From Fervidicoccaceae archaeon (lineage in GTDB: Archaea; Thermoproteota; Thermoprotei_A; Sulfolobales; Fervidicoccaceae): DNA of 40,000 bases. Positions within the stretch are counted from its first letter, which is position 1. Every line of letters starts with the position of its first letter. The notes beneath the pieces are model-generated. The model was not told where the DNA came from. It made no database searches and saw nothing but the letters and a program-made list of their open reading frames with translations. The translations under genes and the position numbers were made by a program. Of this stretch, positions 8,663 through 16,195 are shown in pieces. The stretch covers positions 158,734-198,733 of the forward strand of contig JAVZVD010000002.1 in the NCBI GenBank assembly GCA_038878695.1. Reading direction: 5' to 3'.

Positions 8663-9808
8663 GTGAGAGTGGCTCTCCTCCTGGATTTGTTCGGAGTATG
8701 TGGCGGTGGACAAAAGGTTAGCCTCGAGATGGCTAGAGCCCTCGAGGAGGGCGGTTGGCGCGTCGTTTTCCTGTCGACCTCCCGCGAGAACCTAAGCGAG
8801 TGCGCTGAGCTCTTGGGCATCGAGGGAGATTTCCCGGTCGTCGAGGTACGCGACTTCGTTGAAAGCGTTCTGGCGAGGACCGGGAGATTTGTGCGCTATC
8901 GAGCGCTGCGCTTAATAGTGGGCGCCCTCGACGCGGCGAAGCGTTTGGCCGAGCGCTTCGACGCGGTCCTCATCGATTCTCAAAGCAGTATGCCGCTCAG
9001 AGGCGCCGATGTATCATATCTTCACGGTGTTTACACCGCGAAGAGCGCGGGACGCGTCGGTCCGTTCTACGAGGCCCTCTTGAGATACGAAGCTAGCCGG
9101 CTCCTCGGGAGGCCGAAGCTCGTTCTCTCCAATAGCAACTGGGTCGCGAGGATCGTCGAGAGAGCATATGACGTCGAGACGCGGGTCCTGCATCCGCCGG
9201 TGGACTTCGGCTATTTCGAGTACGATGGCCGCAAGAAAGAGAAAATCGTGGTCACGACCTCGAGAATCAGCCTCGAGAAGAAGGTCCACCTGCTCCCGCG
9301 AATCGCGGAGCGCCTCCGAGGCTACGAGTGGTACCTCGTCGCTTCGACCCTCTCCTCGCTTTCACCGACCTACGCGGACGCCATCCTCGCCGCGATCGAG
9401 CGCGAAATCCGCTCCCGGAAGACCGAGAACTTCCACGTGCTAACGGACCTCGAGCGAAGAGAGCTCAGAGAGCTGCTCTTGAGAGCTAGCTACTACGTTC
9501 ATCCGCCCTGCTCGGAGCACTTCGGGATAGCGGCGGTCGAGGCCATGGCGGCGGGCTGCGTCCCGATAGTCTACAGAGGCGGGGGGCTCTGGACGGACGT
9601 GGTCTCGGGGGTGGACCATAGGCTCGGCTACATCGACGTGAGGGAGATCCCTAGGACGATCGAGAGGCTAGACTCGATGAGCGCTGGGGATCTAAATTAC
9701 CTCCGTGAACGAGTCATCGAGCGCGCCAAGAAGTTCGACTCCCCGCTCTTCAGGCGGAAGTTCTTGGAAATCGTCGAGGGGGTCTCGAGAAGCGCGGCGC
9801 CACGTTGA
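8663..9808 (+). CDS. GT4-family glycosyltransferase (paralogue B)
   Basis: 381 aa with the same architecture as paralogue A: SLEKK...YVHPPCSEHFGIAAVEAMAAGCVPIV. Confidence 0.8.
   Translation: MRVALLLDLFGVCGGGQKVSLEMARALEEGGWRVVFLSTSRENLSECAELLGIEGDFPVVEVRDFVESVLARTGRFVRYRALRLIVGALDAAKRLAERFDAVLIDSQSSMPLRGADVSYLHGVYTAKSAGRVGPFYEALLRYEASRLLGRPKLVLSNSNWVARIVERAYDVETRVLHPPVDFGYFEYDGRKKEKIVVTTSRISLEKKVHLLPRIAERLRGYEWYLVASTLSSLSPTYADAILAAIEREIRSRKTENFHVLTDLERRELRELLLRASYYVHPPCSEHFGIAAVEAMAAGCVPIVYRGGGLWTDVVSGVDHRLGYIDVREIPRTIERLDSMSAGDLNYLRERVIERAKKFDSPLFRRKFLEIVEGVSRSAAPR
9493..9656. repeat. 164-nt inverted repeat, copy 2 (inside GT4 paralogue B)
   Basis: See copy 1; 162/164 identity in inverted orientation. 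Confidence 0.95.
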
Positions 9809-9830
9809 AGGCCGCGTCTTTTTCAGGATC
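9809..9830 (+). terminator. Putative archaeal T-tract terminator after GT4 paralogue B
   Basis: A TTTTT run at 9819-9823 lies 11 nt after the TGA stop (9806-9808). Confidence 0.35.
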
Positions 9831-10431
9831 GGGGTCGAGACTTGATTCGAAACTAAACATCGACTAGTTCGACCTCGATCGAGCCTGGGTCGACCCAAGT
9901 GAGGGGGTTTCAGCTGGGCCTAGCCTTCTCCGGCTCATGGCGGGATCCTCGCAGCGATGGCTAATTTTTAGTTCTTTGTTACGTTATTTTGCGCTAGGTC
10001 GTTCTTCTTCAGGGAATCACCGTACGCCGGACTCTGGGTACGCCCCCTGGCTTCGAGCTCGAACGTCTCGAGATCAAGCTTGCACGTGCTTGGACTTCGC
10101 TGCCTGGCCTCGGCCTTTTCTCCACGTCCTTTCCTAGGACCGCGGAGCATACGCCCGTCAATATCATCAATTCACGAATACGCTCACGGATATCGATGCG
10201 CGCTTCGCCGGACAAACCGCAGCCGCGCCTATTAAAACTATCGCTCCGTAAATTGTTAGAATTAAGCTCATCCGAGGGTCTTCATATTCCCACCTTTTCT
10301 TTTAAATAATGCATCACGAAGTTTACGAAGTTTACCGAGCTGGCGGAGCTATTCCACCGATTGTGGCGATGACGCCTGAGGCTATAAGGGCTACGAACAA
10401 CTATAGGCGCCTTAGGGGGTCGTGATCGATC

Positions 10432-11706
10432 GTGACCCTGGAGAAAAGCGATGTTATCGTAGTAGCTGACGTAGTGCCGCCAAACGTCGTACCAACCGGC
10501 GGGGGCCTAAGGTCTACACGTTCTATCAAGGAGTACTCCAAGCACTTCTACGTCAACCTAGTGACACCGGCTACGCGTAAGTTTACGCGCTACGAGCTAC
10601 AGCTATTAAGGGACGATCTCATGGTGCAAGACGTTTACCCGGTTGAGGCGAGGTTAAAGATCCTGGGCGATGGTAGGTTCGCTTTCACGTACCTAGCCAT
10701 CCCACCTAAAGCGCTGAGAATGTTGCTGAGAATTGATAAGTTAAGGGCAAGGCCCAAAGCGATCGTTGTCTTAAACGAGCCGTGTGATTGCCTATGTATT
10801 GGTAGGCTGCTAAAGGAGGAGCTCAACGCCCCTTCTCTCGCGATGCTTCAACTCCCACTCTTCTACCGCGACGAGAGTAGGAGGGAGGCCATCACGAATG
10901 CCCTCAGGCTCTGGTACGATGAGCTATATGGAGACAGCTACGTAGCTAAGCTCGTTAGGAAACTAAAGGCAAGACTAGAGTTGCTGCTGACGCACTCTAG
11001 AATCGCTGAAGAGCTTCTCGAAAGCTATGACGTGTTAATAGCGGTGAGTAAGGCCGTTTTCGTCGAGATGGGCGGGGAGCCGTTCGGCAAGTTCTACGTC
11101 ATGGACCCGGGGGTCTCGCTCAACGAGGAGGACGAAAAGTTGATATCGAAAATAAAGGAGAGCGCTAGAGAAAAAGGTAACTACGTAGTATTTGGCGGGC
11201 GCGTGGACGCCCTAAAGGGATTTGTGGAAGCGTTGTACGCGTTCAGAGAAATTTGCAAAGGGAACTCATCGCTGAGGCTCGTTATAACAGGGCACGTTAG
11301 CGATAGGCTGAGAGTGCGAGTGGAGGAGTTCGCGAGGAGGCTCGGGCTCGAAGATAGAATTGTCCTAACCGGGGCCGTTCCTAGGGCCGAGAGATTTAGA
11401 ATCGTGGCTAAGGCTAATCTGATGCTCTACCCAAGTCACGCGGACGCATTCTCCTACGCCGTATTGGAGTCGCTACATCTAGGCACGCCGGTGGTAGCAT
11501 ACGATATACCTGCGCTGAGACTGTATTACGGCGGGCGTCCTGGAGTAAGGCTCGTAAGGGAGGGCGACGTGGAGGCGTTAGTCGCCGAGGCTCTGAACAC
11601 CCTCGACTCGAAAAGCGTAGAGGTCGAGCCACCTCAACTAAGGAGCTGGGATGAAATTATGCAAGAGGAAACGAACCTAATAAAGAGGGTCATGCTCGAG
11701 AAATGA
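10432..11706 (+). CDS. GT4-family glycosyltransferase (paralogue C, compositionally atypical)
   Basis: 424 aa. GRVDALKGF...LVITGHV...MLYPSHADAFSYAVLESLHLGTPVVAYD is a GT-B/GT4 C-terminal signature. GC is visibly lower (one counted line 30/60) and the gene uses more A/T-ending codons than its neighbours. Confidence 0.75.
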   Translation: MTLEKSDVIVVADVVPPNVVPTGGGLRSTRSIKEYSKHFYVNLVTPATRKFTRYELQLLRDDLMVQDVYPVEARLKILGDGRFAFTYLAIPPKALRMLLRIDKLRARPKAIVVLNEPCDCLCIGRLLKEELNAPSLAMLQLPLFYRDESRREAITNALRLWYDELYGDSYVAKLVRKLKARLELLLTHSRIAEELLESYDVLIAVSKAVFVEMGGEPFGKFYVMDPGVSLNEEDEKLISKIKESAREKGNYVVFGGRVDALKGFVEALYAFREICKGNSSLRLVITGHVSDRLRVRVEEFARRLGLEDRIVLTGAVPRAERFRIVAKANLMLYPSHADAFSYAVLESLHLGTPVVAYDIPALRLYYGGRPGVRLVREGDVEALVAEALNTLDSKSVEVEPPQLRSWDEIMQEETNLIKRVMLEK

Positions 11707-12600
11707 TTAGTCGTTCTCCACACTCGTACTATTCACGCAAAGAGCTCACCAAGTAATTTGGAGAAGTTGGGACGGCTGAGACGGTAAAGCTCATTGAAGG
11801 AGCTCACTCGTCTACCCGAATTTGTGCATGGGACTCGTAAACCTCGATGAGGGGGCGTCGCGGTGGAGCGCGTGAGCCATCGCAGCGCACCGCACGAGGC
11901 CTGGTACTACGGTTAAGTCGCGGTCGCGCTTGAACATCGCAGTACCTGGTGATGAAACCCGCACTACCAGCCTATACCACGTTCTTAGAGTGGAGTCGGT
12001 GGAAGGAGGTGCTTGCACATTGAGGCATACTCGAGTTGAAGTCGACTCCCAGAGCCGAGCGGGGTCGATTAAGGTGGGCTCGATGAGAGCGCAGCCCTGG
12101 GTGCGCTCAGAGTCCGGTTGGGATGCAGCGGCTCACCTATGCACATCTAATGAAGAAGTATGGTCTAGATAGACACGTGGCGTCAGCACACCTCGCAGCG
12201 CTCAAGTGCATTCCGGTCAACTCGCAGGAGCCGCGCGACGACGAGGCCGCCCGATTTGTCTAAGCGAATGAGCCCCCTCTCTCTCCATCGAGAGGAGGAT
12301 CCGGCGGATCCTCTGATAGAGGGCCGACCTGCTCCCGGGGAATCTGGCGGAGGCCAGTCTGGCCAAGTGGGCCAGGTAGACGCCGGGCTCTCGGAGAAGC
12401 TGCCCGGCGACGAAGGCCCGCAGAGAGTTCCGCCGATCGAGCAGGCAATAGCATTTAACCGAGAGACTGAGATTTCGTGCTCGGGCCGTCTCGGGTCACC
12501 TCCGGGGGCGGTGGTGGCGGAGGCGGAGAGCTTGGGCAGTCACCTTCGGAGGATCCGGGGCGGCCCCCGGTTAAAGCGAATCGACGTGTTCGAGAAGCGC

Positions 12601-12835
12601 TAGCCGGCCCGAGCTAGCTCCCAGCTTGCTCGCGGCTAGCCCGAGCTAGCTGCTAGCTGGCTGCTAGCAGCCTGCTGGCAGCTGCCAGCAAGCTGCCGGC
12701 AGCTTGCTAGCGAGCAAGCTAGCAGCTTGCTTAAGCTAGCTAGCGAGCTAGCTACCGGGATCCCCTCGAGGGGATCCCCCGAGAGGGGGGAGAAGGGATC
12801 CCCTCGCGAAAATTCGGCAGCAGGCTGCTAGCTGC
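12601..12835. repeat. Dense array of nested perfect palindromes and inverted repeats built from GCTAGC / CAGCTG / GGATCC / CTCGAG words
   Basis: Eleven GCTAGC sites start at 12613, 12635, 12645, 12652, 12663, 12706, 12718, 12735, 12739, 12747 and 12827. Perfect palindromes lie at 12659-12672 (14 nt), 12673-12690 (18 nt), 12687-12708 (22 nt), 12735-12744 (10 nt) and 12757-12778 (22 nt). Long-range inverted pairs are 12663-12677 with 12818-12832 (15 nt) and 12623-12633 with 12710-12720 (11 nt). Direct repeats are 12607-12619 = 12639-12651 and 12757-12768 = 12795-12806. Stop codons occur in all frames. Confidence 0.9.
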
Positions 12836-12840
12836 TATAA

Positions 12841-12912
12841 ACGACGCGCGCATCGGTATAGGTACGCGCATAGCAGAGCGCATAGAGCGCTATAGCGTAT
12901 AGAGCGCGTCGT
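12841..12912. repeat. Stem-enclosed short-repeat block (GCGCATAG / ATAGAGCGC words)
   Basis: A 9-bp perfect stem (acgacgcgc 12841-12849 with gcgcgtcgt 12904-12912) encloses 54 nt. Inside are GCGCATAG twice (12866, 12878), ATAGAGCGC twice (12882, 12899) and the palindrome cgctatagcg (12888-12897). Confidence 0.8.
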
Positions 12913-12924
12913 CCCTGGGGATGG

Positions 12925-12988
12925 AGGAGAGAATCAATCAGAAAAGACTGAAAAGCTCTAAGGCCTCGCGCTCCTCCCGAGAGGCCTT
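12925..12988 (-). terminator. Possible terminator of the FkbM methyltransferase gene
   Basis: An 8-bp hairpin (aaggcctc 12960-12967 with gaggcctt 12981-12988) is followed on the minus strand by two TTTT tracts (plus-strand A runs at 12942-12945 and 12951-12954). It lies about 95 nt past the stop. Confidence 0.3.
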
Positions 12989-13080
12989 CTTGAGATTCCC
13001 ATAGGGTTCTCGATAGAAAGGGGCCTCGGGCGCAGGAGCTGCGTAGGAGCTAGGTCTATACGGAAGATCTAAGCGCGAGC

Positions 13081-13929
13081 TTATCTCATTGGCTCGAGAA
13101 CATAATATATCGGAGGCGTCTCCGGAGATATCCTTCTCATCGCGTATCCTCTCTCTTCAGCGAATTCCCTTATCCTCTCCGGCTCCCAAGCTTCGACTAT
13201 CACCGTCGGGCGAAATCTCTCTAAGGTTTTGACCAGCCCCTTGAGCACCTCCAGCTCGGCACCTTCCACGTCTATCTTCACGCAATCGACTCTCTCGACT
13301 CCGAGCTCGTCTAATACGTCGTCTAAGGCCCTAGCTCTGACTTCAACGGAGCCCAGCCCGCGATTCACCTTCAGGCTGTGGTGACCTCCCGAGTCCCCGA
13401 TGAACAGCTTCAGTGCGCCCTCCCCGCTCCAAGCGGCTATGTTCAGAGCGACGACGTTGCTCAGGCCGTTCAGCTCGATGTTCTCGACGAGGGTCTCATA
13501 GTTCTCGGGGTGGGGTTCCACGGCCACGACCAGGCCCTCATCCCCGACGATCTTCGCCACTGGGACGGTGTATTTCCCCACGTGGGCTCCGACGTCCACG
13601 AATACGCAGCCCCTGCACACTCTGAGATGATCCCACATCCATCTCTCGAATTCATGGTGAATTATAGCGATGCACTCGGAATCTACGCAACGTAGTTTGT
13701 ACTTGCCAAAGTTGAGCGTAGCGCGCTTTGCTAGTTGATTCTTGACGCGCAAAGCGAGATGCTCTAGAAATGCCGATCTACGTATGATGATGTTCGGGAT
13801 GGAATCTACGAGGGCCCAGAGGAGTAGCCGCGTCTTATCGGCGACGGTGAGCCCTCGGGAGACCGCCTCGGCTCTAAGTTTTAACATTAAAAGATAGCCG
13901 CGCGCGCTGGGCACGCGTCTCTCGACCAT
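13081..13929 (-). CDS. FkbM-family SAM-dependent methyltransferase
   Basis: 282 aa. VFVDVGAHVGKYTVPVAK...VVAVEPHPENYETLVENIELNGL...VKIDVEGAELEVLKG is the classic FkbM pattern. Confidence 0.8.
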   Translation of the reverse strand: MVERRVPSARGYLLMLKLRAEAVSRGLTVADKTRLLLWALVDSIPNIIIRRSAFLEHLALRVKNQLAKRATLNFGKYKLRCVDSECIAIIHHEFERWMWDHLRVCRGCVFVDVGAHVGKYTVPVAKIVGDEGLVVAVEPHPENYETLVENIELNGLSNVVALNIAAWSGEGALKLFIGDSGGHHSLKVNRGLGSVEVRARALDDVLDELGVERVDCVKIDVEGAELEVLKGLVKTLERFRPTVIVEAWEPERIREFAEERGYAMRRISPETPPIYYVLEPMR

Positions 13930-14216
13930 CGCGCCTCGCTCCCCTCTCAGCCTCTGGAAGTTTTCCGGCGCCTGCTCAGCTCGATCGATGGAGCGGAGCG
14001 GGATTACATCCTCGCGATTAAAAGCTTAATCTCCGGATTCGGGGATCGCTTTTCGCTCACCGACTTGATAATTGATCGAGCCCGTGAAATTCGACGGTGG
14101 TGACCCAGCGATAGAGCGCGAGCGCTCACCGGGGGGCTCGCCCGCCGGAATCGAGCCCGCGGAGCGACGGTTCGAGAGGCTTCGGCGAAGACTCGCCGAG
14201 CGCAATGAGAGGGGGC

Positions 14217-14390
14217 TCAGACCTCCTCGCGCGAGGCTCCGCCCGCGAGTGCGGCATCGAGTATCAACGCAGCCCCCAATAGGCTCAGAATCCACGGCCA
14301 GATCGCGTTCATCGAGAGCAGCACCGATACGCCTATCAGGAGCGCTCCGCCCCAGATGGCCTGCCTGATCCTCCTGCTTCTCCCGCTCAA
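14217..14390 (-). CDS. Possible 57-aa membrane protein
   Basis: My own translation (below the track length cut-off), TTG start: MSGRSRRIRQAIWGGALLIGVSVLLSMNAIWPWILSLLGAALILDAALAGGASREEV. It has a basic N-terminus followed by two hydrophobic helices. Confidence 0.3.
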   Translation of the reverse strand: MSGRSRRIRQAIWGGALLIGVSVLLSMNAIWPWILSLLGAALILDAALAGGASREEV

Positions 14391-14464
14391 GGAGCTCCCC
14401 CCGTTCTCCTCGCGCTCCGCGCCGTTTTAAGGGGTGGAGCGGCCTCGGGCAGCCTGCTCCGCGC

Positions 14465-14728
14465 TCACATGTAGGCCTCGGAGCTCCTCGGCCTGGCGGC
14501 GATCTCGGCCAGCGCCTCCGAGAGCCTGAGAGCTCTCTCGAAGCTCTTGACGATGACCCCCTCGTAGAGCTCCAGGAGCTCCGCCAGCCTCTCCTCGGCC
14601 CTCTCGCTCAGGGGCTCGAGCTGGAGCTCTAGACATATCCTGACGTAGCCTTCGACCTCGGCGCAGACCCTCGTGGACCTGTCGCTCTTCCTCTCTATCG
14701 AGACGGAGCCCAAGCCCGGCCCCGGCAT
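14465..14728 (-). CDS. Hypothetical 87-aa helical, acidic protein translationally coupled to glnA
   Basis: The ATG (14726-14728) shares one base with the glnA TAA stop (14728-14730), giving TAATG. Composition is coding-like (LELQLEPLSERAEERLAELLELYEGVIVKSFERALRLSEALAEIA). No family recognised. Confidence 0.5.
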   Translation of the reverse strand: MPGPGLGSVSIERKSDRSTRVCAEVEGYVRICLELQLEPLSERAEERLAELLELYEGVIVKSFERALRLSEALAEIAARPRSSEAYM

Positions 14729-16080
14729 TATAGGCCCGCGTAGAGATAAATCTCGTACGGGTGGGGCCTCGACTCCACCTCCCTCGCCTCCCTCCTCTTC
14801 AGCTCGACGTAAGCCTCGACGAGCTCCCTCGAGAACACGGGCCTCAGGTAGTCGTTGTCGCTCTCCAGCTCGTCGAGGGCCTCGCCGAGGCTCGACGGAA
14901 GAGTCCCGACGCCGAGCCTCCTCCTCTCCTCCTCGCTGAGCTCGTAGGCGTTGACCTCGAGGGGGTCCCCGGGGTCGAGCCTCCTCTTAACGCCGTCGAG
15001 CCCGGCCATTATCGTGGCGGCTAGAGCCAGATAAGGATTCGCCGTGGGATCGGGGGCTCTGAACTCGATCCTCGTCCTCGACGGGCCGTTCGATGCGGGG
15101 ACCCTGACGACCGCCGTCCTGTTGTAGTAGCCCCAGACCGCGTAGACCGGGGCCTCGTAGCCCGGCACGAGCCTCCTGTAGCTGTTCGTCGTCGGGGCCA
15201 CGAGAGCCGAGAGGCTCCTCGCGTGCTCGAGCACTCCGGCCACGAAGCTCCGAGCGAGCTCGCTCAGCCCCCCCTCCTCGTCGGCGAAGAGGTTCCTGGA
15301 GCCGTCGAGGGCCCAGAGGCTGAAGTGCAGGTGCATCCCGCTTCCGTTGTCTCCGTAGACGGGCTTCGCGAGGAACGACGCGGTCAGCCCCCTCTTCCCG
15401 GCCAAGTTTCTGGCGGCCCACTTCGTCGTCAGGACCTCGTCTCCGACGAACACGGGGTCTCCGGCTCGCAGCGAAAGCTCGATCTGAGAGGCCGCGACCT
15501 CGTGGTGAGACACCACGGCTCCGTAGCCGAGGAGCTCGAGCGCCGACGATAGATCCAGCCTGAAGTCCATGAGGGGGTCGGTCGGCTCGACGCTGTGGTA
15601 GGACCTCTTGAGCTGAATCGGGTAGGAGCCCTGGGAGTCGAGGAGGTGCTCTATCGAGTAGCCGGAGCCTCTGTGGAGCTGCTCGACCTGCACTCTGAGA
15701 GACTTGAAGAGGAAGAACTCCACCTCGGCCCCGACCACCGCTCTCATCCCGAGCTCGGCCAAGTGCTCGATCACCCTCTCGGCGACGAGCCTGGGATCTC
15801 TCTCGAGCCTGATTCCCCCGGGCTCGTATATCCTGCAGAGAGCCCTCGCCGCCCTCTCTTGCCACGGTATGGGCCTCAGGGTCTCGGGGACGACCTCGAG
15901 GAGCAGGTCGCTCCTCTCGACTCTGGCGAGGCCGCAGACGCTGCTCCCATCGAAGGAGGCGGGGAACCTAGACGACTCGAGGGCCTCGGCCGGGACCTCG
16001 ACCCCTCTGAGGTAGCCGGCGAGGTCGCAGTACTGCAGCTGGACCCTCTCGTATCTTTTGTTCTGGGATCCCCCGCTCAA
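14728..16080 (-). CDS. glnA: Glutamine synthetase, type I
   Basis: 450 aa. GS hallmarks are present: FDGSS, GSGMHLHFSLW, NSYRRLVPGYEAP, RIEFRAPDPTANPYL. Confidence 0.9.
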   Translation of the reverse strand: MSGGSQNKRYERVQLQYCDLAGYLRGVEVPAEALESSRFPASFDGSSVCGLARVERSDLLLEVVPETLRPIPWQERAARALCRIYEPGGIRLERDPRLVAERVIEHLAELGMRAVVGAEVEFFLFKSLRVQVEQLHRGSGYSIEHLLDSQGSYPIQLKRSYHSVEPTDPLMDFRLDLSSALELLGYGAVVSHHEVAASQIELSLRAGDPVFVGDEVLTTKWAARNLAGKRGLTASFLAKPVYGDNGSGMHLHFSLWALDGSRNLFADEEGGLSELARSFVAGVLEHARSLSALVAPTTNSYRRLVPGYEAPVYAVWGYYNRTAVVRVPASNGPSRTRIEFRAPDPTANPYLALAATIMAGLDGVKRRLDPGDPLEVNAYELSEEERRRLGVGTLPSSLGEALDELESDNDYLRPVFSRELVEAYVELKRREAREVESRPHPYEIYLYAGL

Positions 16081-16195
16081 GTCGAGGCACCGTTCCGCTC
16101 TCTAACGGCTCGCTCAGAACGCGTAAAAAACGATGACGGTCGGGCATCGAAACATTTATTCTAAGATGGCCACCCACCGAGCGAGGAGGGGCCGA
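16081..16195. promoter_or_regulatory. Divergent glnA / Lrp-family regulator promoter region
   Basis: gtaaaaaacg (about 16121-16130; TTTTTTAC on the minus strand) lies about 40-50 nt upstream of the glnA start. aaacatttattctaag (16150-16165) lies 30-45 nt upstream of ATG 16196. Confidence 0.4.

Noticed and set aside
8420-8820. Minus-strand ORFs of 97 and 89 aa spanning the divergent GT4 promoter
   Set aside because: They cross AT-rich promoter DNA and the 5' end of GT4 paralogue B, and have no coding-like composition or motifs.
9937-10215. Short ORFs (60-68 aa) in the 0.6-kb gap after GT4 paralogue B, for example MSGEARIDIRERIRELMILTG...
   Set aside because: No family is recognised. Codon usage is atypical (CGT-rich), and the ORFs overlap each other in different frames. 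I treat the gap as non-coding or decayed DNA.
12217-12603. 115-aa plus-strand ORF (12256-12603), and a minus-strand open frame (12217-12495) reading ...LAHLARLASARFPGSRSALYQRIRRILLSMEREG..., which looks vaguely like a winged-helix segment
   Set aside because: The plus ORF is Gly/Pro/Arg-rich and unconvincing. The minus frame has no usable start codon upstream of the helix-like part and is bounded by stops. At best it is a decayed gene fragment, and I cannot support a call.
12601-12912. CRISPR array or replication origin as explanations for the palindrome-rich block
   Set aside because: It is not a CRISPR array because there is no regular repeat-spacer periodicity and the repeats are palindromic words of varying length. 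It is not a typical archaeal origin because the block is GC-rich rather than AT-rich. I also saw no ORB-like spaced repeats and no adjacent orc1/cdc6 gene.
9811-14110. Possible att-like direct repeats flanking the low-GC island (for example gatcgagcc near 9880 and near 14075)
   Set aside because: Only 8-9 nt are shared, which is well within chance for 40 kb. There is no integrase or tRNA nearby.
14987-15865. 292-aa Arg-rich ORF on the glnA strand in another frame, plus similar alternative-frame ORFs inside rad50 (19315-19683, 20005-20589, 20428-20895)
   Set aside because: These have extreme Arg, Ser or Leu bias and are fully nested in well-supported genes. They are frame artefacts of GC-rich, repetitive coding sequence.
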